The notes beneath the pieces were generated by a model. The model was not told the origin of the DNA. It did not search any database and saw only the letters and a list, made by a program, of their open reading frames with translations. From Octopus sinensis (Eukaryota), in NCBI RefSeq assembly GCF_006345805.1, contig NC_043006.1, forward strand, positions 73,532,001-73,596,000: DNA of 64,000 nucleotides, in the 5' to 3' direction. Of the stretch, positions 11,518 through 25,699 are shown piece after piece. The translations under genes and the position numbers were made by a program. Every line of letters begins with the position of its first letter. The first letter of the stretch is position 1.

Positions 11518-11648
11518 CCTCCTTCTTTCCTTCTTTCATGAGCGTCCAATAATAATATATTTGTTCCACGTCCTCGCGTTGTTGTGTTTTTTGTGCTTTC
11601 TTGTTTGGATTAACTATATATATATACATATATACATATATACATATA

Positions 11649-12035
11649 GGTGCAGGAGTGGGTGATAAGAAGCTTGGTTCCCAATCACATGGTTCCTGGT
11701 TCAGTCCCACTTCGTGGCACCTTAGGTAAATGTCTTCTACTATCGTCTCGGGCTGACCAAAGCCTTGTGAGTGGATGTGGTAGACAGAAACTGAAAGAAG
11801 CATGTCGTATATATGTATACATATATCTATGTGTATGTGTCTGTGTTTGTCCCTCGTCACTACTTGACAACCAGTGTTGGTGTGTTTACGTCCCTGTAAC
11901 TTAGAAGTTCAGCAAATAAGACCGATAGAATAAGTACCAGGCTTAAAAAATAAGTACCAGGGTCGATTCATTCGCCTAAGTGTTCAAGGCGGTGTCCCAG
12001 TATGGCCGCTGTCTAGTGACTGAAACAGGTAAAAA
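11649..12035 (+). mobile_element. SINE family A
   Basis: ggtgcaggagtgggtgataagaagc ... ggttcctggttcagtccca ... ggcaccttaggtaaatgtcttc ... tgaaacaggtaaaa. Confidence 0.9.
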
Positions 12036-12177
12036 ACAAAAGAAACGATAAAAGGTGAAAGATATATATATCTATATATATCTATCTATCTATATATATA
12101 TGCATTCATTCATACACACACCTACAAACATCGAGGCAGAGAGAAGGCAGACCGGCATAAATAAGGAGGGAGAGAGA

Positions 12178-12241
<64 letters not shown>

Positions 12242-12450
12242 ATATCGATCCGAAGAGACAGAAATACAAAAATTACAATAAGGTCAATATATCTGACTAA
12301 ATTGTCTTGACAAATAATTTTCGTCGGCATATATATATATACACTTTGCTTTCTGGCTTTATCGTCTTTGAGAAAGATTGCCTTTCAAGCAATAATTGTA
12401 TATGCATACACACACACATACCTACATACATACCTACTTGCATATATACG

Positions 12451-12507
<57 letters not shown>

Positions 12508-12693
12508 CTATCTATCTATCTATCTATCTATATATATATATATTTAAGTAGGTGAATGAATTATCCTATGTTTATCGTCAGCATGGAAAATTCGCTTAAC
12601 CGAAACCTGGGTAGCAAATTCACGTCAGAGTAAAGGAATTTTGTTAACATCTTCGTTCGACTCCATCCTTTCATTTATATATATATATACACA

Positions 12694-12720
12694 CTAGCAG
12701 AGATACCCGGCGTTGCCCGG
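12694..12720 (-). mobile_element. Helitron-type 3' terminus (hairpin + CTAG)
   Basis: Minus strand CCGGGCAACGCCGGGTATCTCTGCTAG|T. The 5' end was not located. Confidence 0.5.
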
Positions 12721-13988
12721 TTACATTCAATTGAAGAATTAGACTTTTCTGTTATATCTTCTGTAATGAACTGGAATATCTATGTTTCGAATTTCATTAA
12801 AATTGCAGATGAGGGTTATTTCCCTCTTTACACACCCTAAAAAATTGTAATCGTGCCACATGTATCCGATACTACTGAGTTTTATGCGCATATTCCAAAA
12901 TTCCAGTCTTATTGAACCTGTTAAAAAGATTTTGCTCCTGAAAAATGAAGGTCATGGAGCCCTAAAATGTGAGAGTTAAGGCCCCTGTTGGGGGTGGGCA
13001 TCTTAATGTCAACCAGAGCAGTTGAATTGTTGAAAATATTTTTAACTTGGGTCTTATATCTACTGTTTGAATTTCTTTGAAATAGGAAATATATGTTTAC
13101 TGGGTTTGTAAAAAAGAGCAAAGCTACTGGAAACCGAAAGACGAATGATCACAATAAGCAGTCAGTTACCCTACCCTAGTCGTTACCACTGCCAATGTAG
13201 GATTCCTCACCATCCAGGTGACAGGGACAGCCGTAAGATGCATTACGAATCTATTGCAATTGGAATCTATTGCAACTGAAATCAACATTAACAACTGTGT
13301 GACATGAGGGCTAAGGAGAAATTAAAGTGTCACCTCTGGAGTTTGCAGATGACCACTATGCTGATACGTAACTGGACAGAATAAATTTACAATCTATAAA
13401 TGTCTTTGAATAACCAGTCACTCATCTGGCAAGGCCTTGAACTCAATGTTGTCATCTGGGGACTATGTGTGACCGAGTGATAATAAAAAGACTGAAAGGA
13501 AGTCTGCAATCAAATAAATTTACGCAACACTTTGCAACTGAATCAGTGGAGGCAACGTTGCCTCTCATTTACTTGACAATTTATGTAACACATTGCAGAA
13601 ATCACAATGTAAGTGTATGTCAAAGTAAACTGTTACACTGTTGTACCATTGAATTAGAAATAATGCCCAACTTTTATGCTCGGGTACCCCTTCAGTTTCC
13701 AAGAGCACAACTGTATTCGTTTTTGCTTAGATAAAATGACAAAATTGTGGAGGGGTCTTTGTAACTTTGTAAGAAGATGACATTTTATAAATATTACTTC
13801 ATTTGTGTCTAATATCTATGGTTAAAATTTCATCAACAGCAAAGATATATGAATTGTCATGGGGGTTATGGCCCTTATGCATAGAATATAATTTTCAAAT
13901 TTCATAAAGATACATTCAGTACTTTTGACCTAGTTTGGATCATAAAAGAAATGACTAAAATTTGTGAGTTAAGGCTCCCATTAGAGTG

Positions 13989-14027
<39 letters not shown>

Positions 14028-14335
14028 CGTACACACACACACATACACACACACACAAACACATACAAAGATAAATTGATAGATACAACTGAGTGGGAAA
14101 ACAAAAATACGGGACACAGCCTAGTGCTTTTTTATGTTGATAAGCCTAGAACTTATTCTATTAGTTTGTTCTTGTAAAACCAGTAAGTTATGTGGATGTA
14201 AATAAATGAACAGCAGTTGTGAAGCAGTAATGAGGGTGAAACACAAAGACAAAGACACACACATACACTTACATATATACATACATATGTATACGATTGA
14301 TTTGTTTCACTTCCTGTCTACGAAATCCACATATA

Positions 14336-17025
14336 TTGCTGTTGGCATCCTTGTTGTCTCGGGAGACAATGGAGTTGCGCATAAAATAATCTAGTCCGGC
14401 TTTTACATTTCATGTCCTAATACATCTCCTGCTGTGGCTGTGTAGTCCTATCCTGGACAAACACTCCCTCTGGCAGGTGCCGCAAATGTAGCATAGACTT
14501 TGCCTGGCTGGTTGTAATGTCATAGTTTCTTGACGTCTTTTCTTGTCTTTCCATTTCTCCTCTCTCTCTATGTCACTCCTTTGTGTTCCCTCTTTTACGG
14601 TACGTCGACAATCTCCATCGTTGCTGGCAACTGCTTCCCAGTTGGTAATATTGATGATGCAGGCATTCATGTCCCTTTTGCAAACGTCCTTGTATCGTAA
14701 GAACGGTCTTCCCACAGACCTAGTGCCCCTAACAAGCTCTCCGTTGAGTATGTCTTTGGGAATTCTGCCATCTTCCATACGGCTAACATGTCCAAGCAAT
14801 CTCATACGTCTTTGTGTGAGAAGTGCAAGCATGCTTGGTACTCCTTCTTGCTTGAGGACATCTTTGTTGGGGACATGATTCTGCCATTTGATGCGATGGA
14901 TTTTCTGGAGGCAGCGTATGGCGTCGTATGGCGTGTGTATGGTGTCCAAGTCTCACTTCCATACAGTAGAGTGCTAAGTACACATGCCTGGTAAATCTTC
15001 ATTTTTGTGGTCTTGGTCAGCTTATTGTTGTCCCATGCCCGTTTGGAGAGTTGGGCCATCACACAGCTGCCTTGCCAATGCGTATATTGAGCTCAGCATC
15101 AAGGGATAGGTTGTAGGTGACGGTAGAGCCAAGATAGGTAAACTTCTCCACCTCCTGAACTCTGTGGTCTCCAATATGTATGTTTGGGATATCCGATGTA
15201 GCCTGACCCATGATGTTGGTTTTCTTGAGGCTGATAACTAAGCCAAAGTTGCCACATGCTTGCTCAAAACAGTTGATGAGCCTTTGTAGGGCTTCTTCTG
15301 TGTGTTTTACCAGAGCGGCACCATCAGCAAATAGCATCTCCTTGATCAGGAGGCTTTGGATCTTGGTCTTGGCACGCAGACACGAGAGATTGAACAGTTT
15401 CCCATCACTTCTACTGTACAGAAACAATCCATCATCTGACGTCTCAAAGTCATGTGACAGCAGCAGCGAGAAGATGACAAATAATGTAGGAGCAAGGACA
15501 CAACCTTACTTTATCCCGATTTTTATTTGGAAGCCGGCTGATGTTGAACCATTGTGCTGTATGGTGCCTTGCACATCATCATGGAAAGATTTGATTATCC
15601 TCAGCAGCTTTGGTGGACATCCGATTTTTTGGAGCAGGATGAAGAGGCCTTTTCTACTTACCAAGTCAAAAGCCGATCAATGAAGGCCATATATAATGGC
15701 ATTTCTGCTCTCTGGACTTCTCCTGAAGTTGGCGTATGGAGAATATCATGTCAATAGTTGATCTGCTTCTTCTAAAGTCACACTGCGATTCTGGATAAAT
15801 TCGAGAAGCAAGCAGTTGTAGCCTGGACAGGATAATGCGAACAGAGGCATTTCCAACAGTGCTTAGAAAAGATATTCCACGGTATTTGTTGCAATCACCC
15901 CGGTCACCTTTGTTTTTGTAAAGCGTAATGATGTTAGCATCCCGCATATCCTGAGGGACTGTACCCTCTTCCAAGCACTGACACAGAAGCTCATGAAGGT
16001 GCCGAAGCAGGATGGTGTTTTTGCCTGTTTTGATGATCTCTAAGGGGATGCCGTCTTTTCCCGGAGCCTTGTTACTTGCTAGGGAGTCAATATACTTGGT
16101 GAGCTCTGCTATACATGGCAGACTGTCAAGTTCACACATGACTGGCAAGATCTTGACACCCTCCATTGCAGCCTCAGCTACCGTGGTCTCTCGTGAGTAC
16201 AGATCCTGGTAGTACCCATGTATCCATTTGCTTGCTTTGGTCCTTGATGAGACCTCCAGTAGTTGATTTCAGAGGGGCTGACTTGGTTGCAGATGGACCG
16301 AGGGCCTTCTTCAAACCGGCATACATCCCACGGGTGTCGCCACTGTCAGCAGCTGACTGGATACGCTGACAGATTTCCTGCCAATACCTATTTGCACAGC
16401 GTCTGGCAGTCAGTTGGGTTTCATTTCTTGCCTTTCTGAGTTCTTCGAGTGACTTTGTAGAAGAATCACTCTTGTATTGCATCAGAGCTGCACGGTTTGT
16501 TTCGATAACTGTTTCCAGCTCTGAGAGCCCAGCATTGAACCAATCTGGATTTTGCCTTTCTCTCATGCCGAAAGTATCTATTGATGTGGTATACAAAGCT
16601 TCCCTGATATAATTCCACCTACTTTCAGCAGAGGAGGTTGGGCAGCTACTGTAGGCAACTTCGACGGAAACAGCAAAACATTGTCGCAGTGTAGGGTCCG
16701 AGGTTCTGGCAGTGTTAATGCTTGGTCGGCCCATTTTCTTGGAGTGATGGACTTTTTTAGGCAGAATCCTCACCCTGCTTCTTATTTGTGAATGATCTGT
16801 GTCACAATCCACGCTGTGGTAACTACGGGTCAGTTGAACAGAATTCAGAAAGGATCTTTGTGTAATGATGAGATCCAGCTGATGCCAGTGGTGATATCTT
16901 GGATGTCTACAAGATGCCTTGTGGGATGTCTTGTTGGCAAAGAATGTGTTGATGATACACAGGTTATGGTATGTGCGAAATTCAAGTAGTCTCTGACAAT
17001 TGTCATTCATGTTGCCACTACCAAA
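14336..17025 (-). mobile_element. 5'-truncated, frameshifted RTE-clade LINE (partial AP endonuclease, RT and C-terminal zinc finger)
   Basis: ORF pieces 16174-17031 (endonuclease end: QRLLEF...HWHQLD...DCDTDH), 15666-16166 (NKAPGKDGIP, YRGISFLS), 15059-15427 (EMLFADGAALV, decayed YADD), 14802-15062 and 14410-14949 (VLSTLLYGSETWT; CGTCQRECLSRIGLHSH). RTE-type 3' end ccattgtctcccgagacaacaaggatgcca. Confidence 0.93.
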
Positions 17026-17036
17026 ACACATACACT

Positions 17037-17075
<39 letters not shown>

Positions 17076-17122
17076 GATTGATTTGTTTCAGTTCTTATCC
17101 ACGAAATCCACATATATATATG

Positions 17123-17159
<37 letters not shown>

Positions 17160-17162
<3 letters not shown>

Positions 17163-17507
17163 GATAAATTGATAGATACAACTGAGTGGGCAAACAAAAA
17201 TATGAGACACCTCGTAGTGCTTTTATATTTTGATAAGCCTGGTATTTTTTCTATCAGTTTCTTCTTGTGTAACCAGTAAGTTATGGGGATGTAAATAAAC
17301 GAATACCAGTTGTGAAGCAGTGATGAGGGAGAAACACAAAGACACACACATAGACTTATATATATATACATATTGGTCTACAAAATCCACTGACAAGGCT
17401 GTGGTTGGTCTCAGACTTTTGCAGAAGACACATGCCAAGTTCCCACACAGTGGGACTGAACTGAGGACCATGTGTTTTGGAACCAAGTTTGTTGCCACAC
17501 CTGCACC
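17160..17507 (-). mobile_element. Degenerate SINE family A; its 3' part is duplicated at 14067-14335
   Basis: cacagtgggactgaactgaggaccatgtg ... cacacctgcacc head. The shared unit aaagataaattgatagatacaactgagtggg occurs at 14067 and ~17160. Confidence 0.75.
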
Positions 17508-17711
17508 TATGTGTGTGTGTGTGGGGGGTGTATGTTGATCGGTGTGTGTGTATGTGTATATGGGTATATATATGTATGCATGTATATACGTATATATATG
17601 TGTACATATTACATGTACATCTATATATACATCTGGACATACATGTATATCTATAGAAATACATCTACACATGTATACATATACAGCAATACATATACAT
17701 GTATACATATA

Positions 17712-17761
<50 letters not shown>

Positions 17762-17786
17762 ATATATATATATATATACATGTATG

Positions 17787-17830
<44 letters not shown>

Positions 17831-17869
17831 CGTATATATATATATAATATATATATATATATACATCCG

Positions 17870-17905
<36 letters not shown>

Positions 17906-18313
17906 ATATATACATCCATATACATACAATAGAGAGATGCTTTTGTTTCACTTTCAACACGTAATACTGAAATAGTGGAGAAGATGTGATATTGCTGTGG
18001 GTTCGCCCTAGGCAAGAAGTTAAACATTTGTTTTGCCCAGGCACTACAAGGACCCTAAGTAAGGCATGTGTAAAATTTGAATAAAATTGGTTGTGTAGTT
18101 CCCAAGTTTTAGGGATTCACACTGACAGACAGACAGACAGACAGACACACATTCTCTTGTTTGTCCCCTTTTTATCACTATATATCTGTTTCTTCTTCCA
18201 CCTCACTTCTCTCGTCTCCTTCTCTCTTTCCATCTCTCTCTCCCTTTCCATCTCTTTCTCTCTTTCCATCTCTTTCTCTTTCCGCCTCTCTCTCGCTTTC
18301 CATCCTTTTTTCT

Positions 18314-18344
<31 letters not shown>

Positions 18345-18530
18345 ATCTCTCTCTCTATTTCCATCGCTCTGTCATTTCATTTCTTTCGATCCCTGATCTT
18401 TATCTTACGTTTCTAAGTCGCTTCCTCTTTTCATCTCATTTTTTTTCTGTTCTTCCATGTCATCCAGGGTTCTCCTGCTTTCTCACTTCTCTTTCTTGCT
18501 CTGCATGCGTTTCCATAGTGAAGGCACGTG

Positions 18531-20640
18531 CAGTGACGGATCTACAATATTGGGGCCCTGAAGCTTAAAATGTTATGGGAGACCCCTTTTCAACCAGGAG
18601 CAGTAGGGTAACATCCAACAAGAGTCAAAGAATTTTCGTGCCCTTGCAAGGAACTTCAGCTTGAGGCCCTGATAGCCTAAATGGTGGAGTTGTAACGTGG
18701 GGTCCTTAAAAATGAGTCTGAAAGTGAGCTCTCTTTCCACCAGAAACGAGGTGTGGTTAATCACCGATATCTTTGTCGATGTGGTTGTTCCATGACAGAT
18801 CACTACAAATATTTTCCAGGCTATGTCTTATATTTTAGAGTTATGGGGATTGAAAATCAGAGAAGCGTTATATACATGCATGACGCATCATTAAGTTACA
18901 TGTGAAAATTACAAAATACTATTTTTTCTGTAGCAACAGTTTTGTCATGACAGCTTCCTTGCAATGTCATTTTCTCGAGACAATATGCATAAGAAATTTA
19001 AGCGCTCTTCAGTCATGGTAAACCGAAATTTATTCTTAATTAAGTAAAGCTTTGAGGAATTCCTTTCTGCTTCACAGCTCGTGATAGGCATTGTCAAGTA
19101 CATTTCATGCGCAGCGGTAATATTAGGAGACACTTCTATTAATTGTTGCTCATAAATAAGCTGAAGAACTTCTGCGCATTGCATTTTAGATGGTGTGTTT
19201 TCTTCTGTGTTCTGAGATTTCCTAAGATGTAAAAACCCTTTGAACTGATAACACTCATTGATTAATTTGTGGTCAATATAGTCTTTGTAATGCGATATTA
19301 TAAGTTTGCTACTGTTCTCATCAAATTCTGAACTGTTCCTCAATTCTGAGAGAAACTTGAACTTTTTCGCAATCTACTCTTATGGGTCTATCCTCTAGCT
19401 TAACTGGATTATCAAGCAGTCATGACTTAATTTAGAACTTCAATCCTAAATTTTTCAGCCCCTTTCAAAGAAGCCTTATCACATGTTCTATCTGCAAATT
19501 TCTTTGTAATAACACTTTTGAAAACATCAGAATAATTTGAGGCGATATATTTCCGCCAGAAATTGTTATTTTGTTGAGCAAGGTCGTGGATGAATGTTTT
19601 TCTATTGGCAAAAATGATAAAAATCTCTTACAGGGCTTTCCATTATAACAGTATCGAACCACAATTACCAGCTGGTCAACAAGCGTCATCTCAGGCACAG
19701 AGTAAACAATAATTGAGTAGTATTTGATGCCTAGATTGTTAATCTGATTTACCACCTCATCTTTCACATGCTTTCCTATGATTTCTATCAATTCTTCATA
19801 CACATTTGAATAGGTAAGTAATATTTACTTTTTCAGTTTTACATTTCTCTAAATGTTCATGTAAAAATGGGTCAAACTCTGCAATAAGCTCAATGGCCTC
19901 CATGAAAATTGTTTGGGGAGCCTCACTTTTCCTCATGACCTCTAAATGCTAAAACCTCTTTCACTAAAAACTTTATACCTGCTAAAACTCATTTTAGTAC
20001 TTCAAAATAGTACTGCATGTTTTTTCTCAACTGTCCCTCAAGTTGCTGATCCACAGTGTTTTTATTTGATTTTCGTGTTAGCCAGCTCAACATCGGCGTT
20101 ATGCTCCATGCTGTTTTCATAATTTTCTAGAGTTCTGAGTATATTCATCCAATCAGAAAACCCACCCGTTGTAGGTGATATTTGGCATTTAGAAAAGATT
20201 TTGCTCTTTGAGTAAACTAAGCAGGATCTCATCACAGTCTGAACAATTTTCGAATCTTTTTTTCAAAGTACTTGTTTAAGAAACTTCGATTTTGTTGTTT
20301 GTAAATCCTGTTGGGTTCAGTATATACGTTATCTGTTTTTTTTTTTATTTTGAAAAAAGAACCGATGTCTTGCATTAAACAGTTTTGTATGAAATCATTA
20401 TCAATTGTTACATGTCACTGTATTCTTTGAAATCACTAAATTTGCTTCCTGCTTCCTGTTTCTGCTTTCTCTTTTCTCGAAGTTCTTGACCACCTTGATT
20501 ATCATCTGCACCAAAAGTGTCAACAGAACACTCATGGTTTGTGAACTACCATTAACTTCACTGGCGCTTGCATAGTTTCTTTCAGTTGCAGGTGATGACA
20601 AACTTTTACTTGATATTGTAAAATAGTTTGATAGATTTTG
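18531..20640 (-). mobile_element. Decayed hAT-superfamily transposon (ZMYM1/Tip100-like transposase)
   Basis: hAT dimerisation motif YLTMPITSCEAERNSSKL (18945-19343); DUF4371-like YYSIIV..PEMTLVDQLVIVVRY (19465-19803); GFSDWMN..LENYENS near 20110-20170. Terminus-like CAGTGACGGATC at 18531; the other TIR was not found. Confidence 0.85.
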
Positions 20641-20989
20641 ACATTTAGAAATTTCGTTAGATTGCTTTTCCTTGAGTTGACGTTTCTTGTATCAGCATAA
20701 GTATATTCTTGAAGACATTTCTATTCCTCTTGGAGCCTATACTCCAGTGAAAAAAGATAGAGGCAATATTTTTATTAGTCACAGCGAGACAGTGATCGAT
20801 CAAGATAAGAATCCACAACTTAATATATAGTCATAAATGAAGAACTGTTCATTTTGTACAAGGTGATATTCAAACAATTTTTAAAGTAGAAAAATGCTTT
20901 GTTACTGAATACACTGTAAGTCCAAAATTAAGAGGCAATCCCTTTCATTAGTCATTAAATAATGGTGTGAAAATAAGAATTCTTATTTC

Positions 20990-21300
20990 TACCGTAGTTC
21001 GATTTGTGGCGCGGCTCGTTGCGTCCTTGAGGAAGACACTTTATTTCACGTTGCGTCCTTGAGGAAGACACTTTATTTCACGTGGCTCCATTTCACATAG
21101 CCGGCAAAAATGAGTAGTACCTGTATTTTAAAGGATCAGTCCAGTCACATTCTGTGTCACGCTGAAACTCACTGAGAACTGCGTTTAAATGTGCGTGTTT
21201 CTGGGGAGTGCTCAGCCACTTGGACGTTAATTTCACGAAGAGGCTGTTCAGTAGATCAGATCGACTGGAACTCCCGTCATCGAAACCGTAGGAATGCCAG
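20990..21300 (+). mobile_element. Degenerate SINE sharing the long family C tail
   Basis: gtcacattctgtgtcacgctgaa ... gctcagccacttggacgttaatttcacga matches 33750-33840. Contains an internal ~32 bp tandem duplication. Confidence 0.65.
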
Positions 21301-22249
21301 TATTTCTATGTTTTCTATATCTTCTTCCACCTCACCAACTTTCTCATGTCTCTTTCTCTCTCTCTCTCTCTCTCTCGTTATCTTCGCCCCCTGTTGTTTT
21401 CATGTACAACAGCGAGTACAGTACTGTTTGGTATAGATTATATCTCAGATAATATAAAAATGACATAAAATAATGTTACGTAAGTTTCTATCGTTTCTGA
21501 CAACACGCTGTACAACAGAAGTGTTGCTGAAGTGATTAATAAAAATGGCGCTATCTTTGATTTTACAATCTAGTGATTATATCACCATGATTTTTCTGCC
21601 AGTTTTTTTTTTATCGTATTGCTGTCCTTACTGTTATTATTACGCCTTTCTGCTAGTTTTCATTTTGATGTTGATATTGCATGCTTTGATTGTCGAAGTT
21701 ATTCGTGTTTTTGGCACCATTTGTTTTTATTAATATCGATTTTTCACTTGTTATCTTTAATCAATTTCTTCCCCCTCTCAGATTAGCATTCCTTTTCTTA
21801 AAAAGTAGCGCCTTTAGTGAATGAGAGCAGCCAACGAAACTGGAGTGACAGACCGAGAATTAAAAAAAAATATTTGTTTTATGGTTTAAACAAAGGAAGA
21901 AGTGTAGCTCCCGTGACCCTTTTCGGGGATTCCGAGATTGATGAGAAGAAGTGGTGGGGAGTTACTTTCACACTGGAGATCTGCCCACAATGCTTGAAAC
22001 AGAGTTGATTCCACTAAACGCAACCAAGAACTAGATAGTGGTGTTAAACCGAGTGATGGATTACATCTACTAACCAAAAGCTCGAGCAGTCCCATCGACT
22101 GGCTTCAGTTTATCAAACGCCATTTACTACGCTTTGGTTGACCACATAAATAAATGGGATAAATTACAATTTTCCATTTTCTGCTTTTTAAATAAATATT
22201 CTAAGAATAATTTTTATAATGTTTCTAAATATTGAAAAAATATTTTTTA

Positions 22250-22700
22250 TCTTTTTCGTTTCAGTTCATTAGACTGCGGCCATGCTGGGGCACCGGCTTC
22301 AAGAAGTTTTAGAATGAATCGACCCCAGTACGTATATTTTTAAAAACCTGGTACTTATTCTATTGATCGCTGTTGCCGAACCGCTAAGTTACAGGGATGT
22401 ATACAAACCAACACCAGTGGTCAAGCAGTGGTGGAGGGACAAACACAAACTCAAAGACACGCACACACACAGTCACAGACATACATACATATGCACACGT
22501 GCATACTTGAAACACACATACACTTACACACGTATATGCGATAGGCTTCTTTCAGTTTCCTTCTACCAAATCCACTCACAAAGCTTTGGTCAACCCGAGG
22601 TTATGGTACACGACACTTGCCCAAAATATTGTGTGGGACCGAACGTGGAACCATTTTGTTGGGAAGAAAACTTCTTACCTCATAGTCACACTTGCACCGA
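22250..22700 (-). mobile_element. SINE family A
   Basis: ttcagttcattagactgcggccatgctggggcacc ... ccaaatccactcacaaagc ... gacacttgccc. Confidence 0.8.
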
Positions 22701-23129
22701 TCTTTATATTTTAAAAATACTGTAAAAATATGTATTTGCAATATAGTAATATGCTCACCTTAAACAGTATTTGATTAAAATAAAGATGTGTATAAAATTC
22801 ATAATGTATATACACACACCTAGAACAGAACTAGTAATATTTTACTTCAGAAAAACTTCTCAAAGAAACTCAAAATGTCGCCGGCGGATCGTGAACCACA
22901 GCACTTCGATCTCAATTGGTTTCGCGTTTAAACAGAATATTACGAATAGCACAAATATATATATATATATATATATATTTGTTGAAATGGAAAGATGAAT
23001 TTTCTTGTTACAGATTATTCAAAAGTTTAACCGATACCTGGGTAGCAAAAATCACAGCAGAAAAAAACACGGTTGGAGATAAGACCATATGGTGTTGCAA
23101 CCGTGCGTTGGTGCGGATAATTGAAGTTT

Positions 23130-23366
23130 AATATAATTAGTGAAAGGAAGAAATGGAGTTGAACGAAGATTGTACAGAATTCCTTTTATTACATTCTACA
23201 CATGTTCTGACAACGTAATTCCTGTTTTTTCCTGAAGAGAAAGCTGCAATATGGTATCCTTATTTAATCAGAATTTGGAAAATTGTGGCCTTTGAAACAT
23301 GTGTAGAATGTAATAAAAGGAATTCTGTACAATCTTCGTTCAACTCCATTTCTTCCTTTCACTAAT

Positions 23367-23372
<6 letters not shown>
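23130..23372. repeat. Perfect 77 bp inverted repeat with a hammerhead-like motif across the spacer
   Basis: Arms 23130-23206 and 23296-23372. CTGAAGA at 23232-23238, GAAA at 23294-23297, GTA at 23303-23305. Confidence 0.8.
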
Positions 23373-23409
<37 letters not shown>

Positions 23410-24082
23410 ATATATATATGTTATACACAATTATATACATTTACTGTTGCAAGTACAAATATTAGTATGATTCTAACTTGGCGAGCTCATCCACACATTA
23501 GTGAATGTTTTGTTTACCTATTTTTATACCGAAACAATTTTTTTCGGCTTAGCTCAGAATGTCCAAAAATAATCATCACTGAGGCGACTAAATGAAGTCG
23601 ATACACCGGTGTTTGATGATCGCCGTCGACATTCTGAGGAGCTCTGTGGTTTGTAACATACGTCACTTTCAGAAGATTCTATAATATATATTATAACTAG
23701 CACCGTTACAAATATTATACACATCTGTTTATTTATTTTTTTTTTCCATATCTTGTGATATTCTATGTTCTTTTTTACGTTTTGATAAATGTGAAATACA
23801 ATGTCATCAGAAATTCTGTAGAGGAATTTACAATTGATTTAATTTCGTGCTAACCACAGTTAACAGAAAAACATTTCAGCAAACATGTGGAATATTTTTC
23901 TTTTAAGCAATTCTTATTGATCTTAAAAATGTCGCTCTTCTTTTTAGTCGACAGGTTTATATTTGGTTAGAATAAAGTGTTTGCTGGGAATTGCTTGTTA
24001 GGCATTATCAATTTAGACCATTTTATTAATGTTGCTACTGTTGTTGTTTAGTTGTGCTTACTGTCATAGTAGTGATAGTTGC

Positions 24083-24131
<49 letters not shown>

Positions 24132-25051
24132 CCAGTAGTTGTGTTTACTGTCGTAGTATTAGTTGTTGTTGTTGTAGTAGTTGTATTACTGTTAATTTTA
24201 TTAGCTTGTCACGCGTTGGATTGGAAGAATTGTTTGAGCGCTGGACAAAATTGACTTGCAAAATCAACAAGCTAAAGAAGGATTTTTTACTTGGTTGTAC
24301 AGCTGGCAGCCATCTTTAAAACAAGCAAAAAACAAAACAAAACAAAAATAAAAACAAATGATGCATCGGATAGTGTGGTCCTAATAAGGTGTGGTGGGAA
24401 ATGGTTATTCGCTCTCTTTTTCTTTCCGGACGAAATCAATTGTAGTCAGAACGGGAGAGGTTTACAAATGTTACTACGGTACGACAACGTAGGAGTGAGG
24501 ATGTTGGGGCCTACAGTCATAAGATGGATGGTCATGGCTGAAATGCATTTAACTGTAGTTCTGCTCATTCAGAGCGTGCCTAGTTCTAAGCAAACTTGCA
24601 AGGAATAACGATAAGGAATGCTTGTACGAAACACTTTATCCACTGAATGATATTACAATGCAATGTGTGGTGGAAACGAGAGAATTAAGTCATTTCATAA
24701 TACATTAAATGACATAACGTCTGTTCAAGTAAGGGAAGAAACTCTCCCATCATAAGAGAATAGAATCACAGTCAAACTCTTTGAAGAACAACAATTAACG
24801 AAGAGATGGTAAAATTAACAAAAGATAAAAAAATAATTGTGAAATGCCATCTGGGAAATTACCTTTTATGTTTGTACAGTTTAGCATGATAATGGTTTCT
24901 GATTTAGACCCAAGACAGCGATTTTGAGGGGAGAAAGTCCTCGTTACCAGCGACACTAGTACTTCTCTGTTACCTTACAGCATCGACCTCGAGAAGATGA
25001 AAGGTAAAATTCATCTCGGTTGTATTTGAACTCAGAAGGTAAAGAGTCGTA

Positions 25052-25199
25052 GGCGTAGGAGTGGCTGTGTGGTAAGTAGCTTGCTTACGAACCACATGGT
25101 TCTGGGTTCAGTCCCACTGCGTGGAATCAAGTGTCTTCTACTATAGCCTTGTGAGTGGATTTGGTAGACGGAAACTGAAAAAAGCCCGTCGTATATATG

Positions 25200-25246
<47 letters not shown>

Positions 25247-25459
25247 TTGTGTATCTGTGTTTGCCCCCCCCCCCACAACAGCGCTCGACAACCGATGCTG
25301 GCGTGTTTGCGTCCCCGTAACTTAGCGGTTCAGCAACAGAGACCAATAGAATAAGTACTAGGCTTACAAAGAATAAGTTCTGGGGTAGATTTGCTCGACT
25401 AAAGGCTGTGCTCCAGTATGGCCACAGTCAAATGACTGAAACAAGTAAAAGAGTAAAAG
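25052..25459 (+). mobile_element. SINE family A, adjacent to a family B remnant (24900-25045, minus strand)
   Basis: ggcgtaggagtggctgtgtggtaagtagc ... gggttcagtcccactgcg ... gactgaaacaagtaaaagagtaaaag. Confidence 0.9.
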
Positions 25460-25493
25460 GAAGCCGGAAGAAATACTACAAATTGCTCTAATG

Positions 25494-25699
25494 CAGGGGT
25501 TCCTAACCGGTGGTTCCCGCACCCCTGGTGGGGGGGGGGTCGCGAAGCCTTGGCAGGGGGTTCGCGTAGCTTTGTTAGATGTGGCTTGGGACACTATTAA
25601 TTTCATAAAATATAAAATAAGATTCTGATAATAGGGGCTCGCGTGGGTTTCAAGATTTTTAGTAAGGGGTCGCGAGTGCAAAAACGTTGGGAACCGCTG
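25494..25699. mobile_element. hAT (Charlie-type) MITE
   Basis: TIRs CAGGGGTTCCTAAC and CAGCGGTTCCCAAC (reverse complement). 8 bp TSD ctctaatg / ctctattg (7/8 identical). Confidence 0.85.

Noticed and set aside
24029-24254. Poly-Ser and poly-Val ORFs
   Set aside because: Products of a (GTA)n/(GTT)n microsatellite with no start or splice support.
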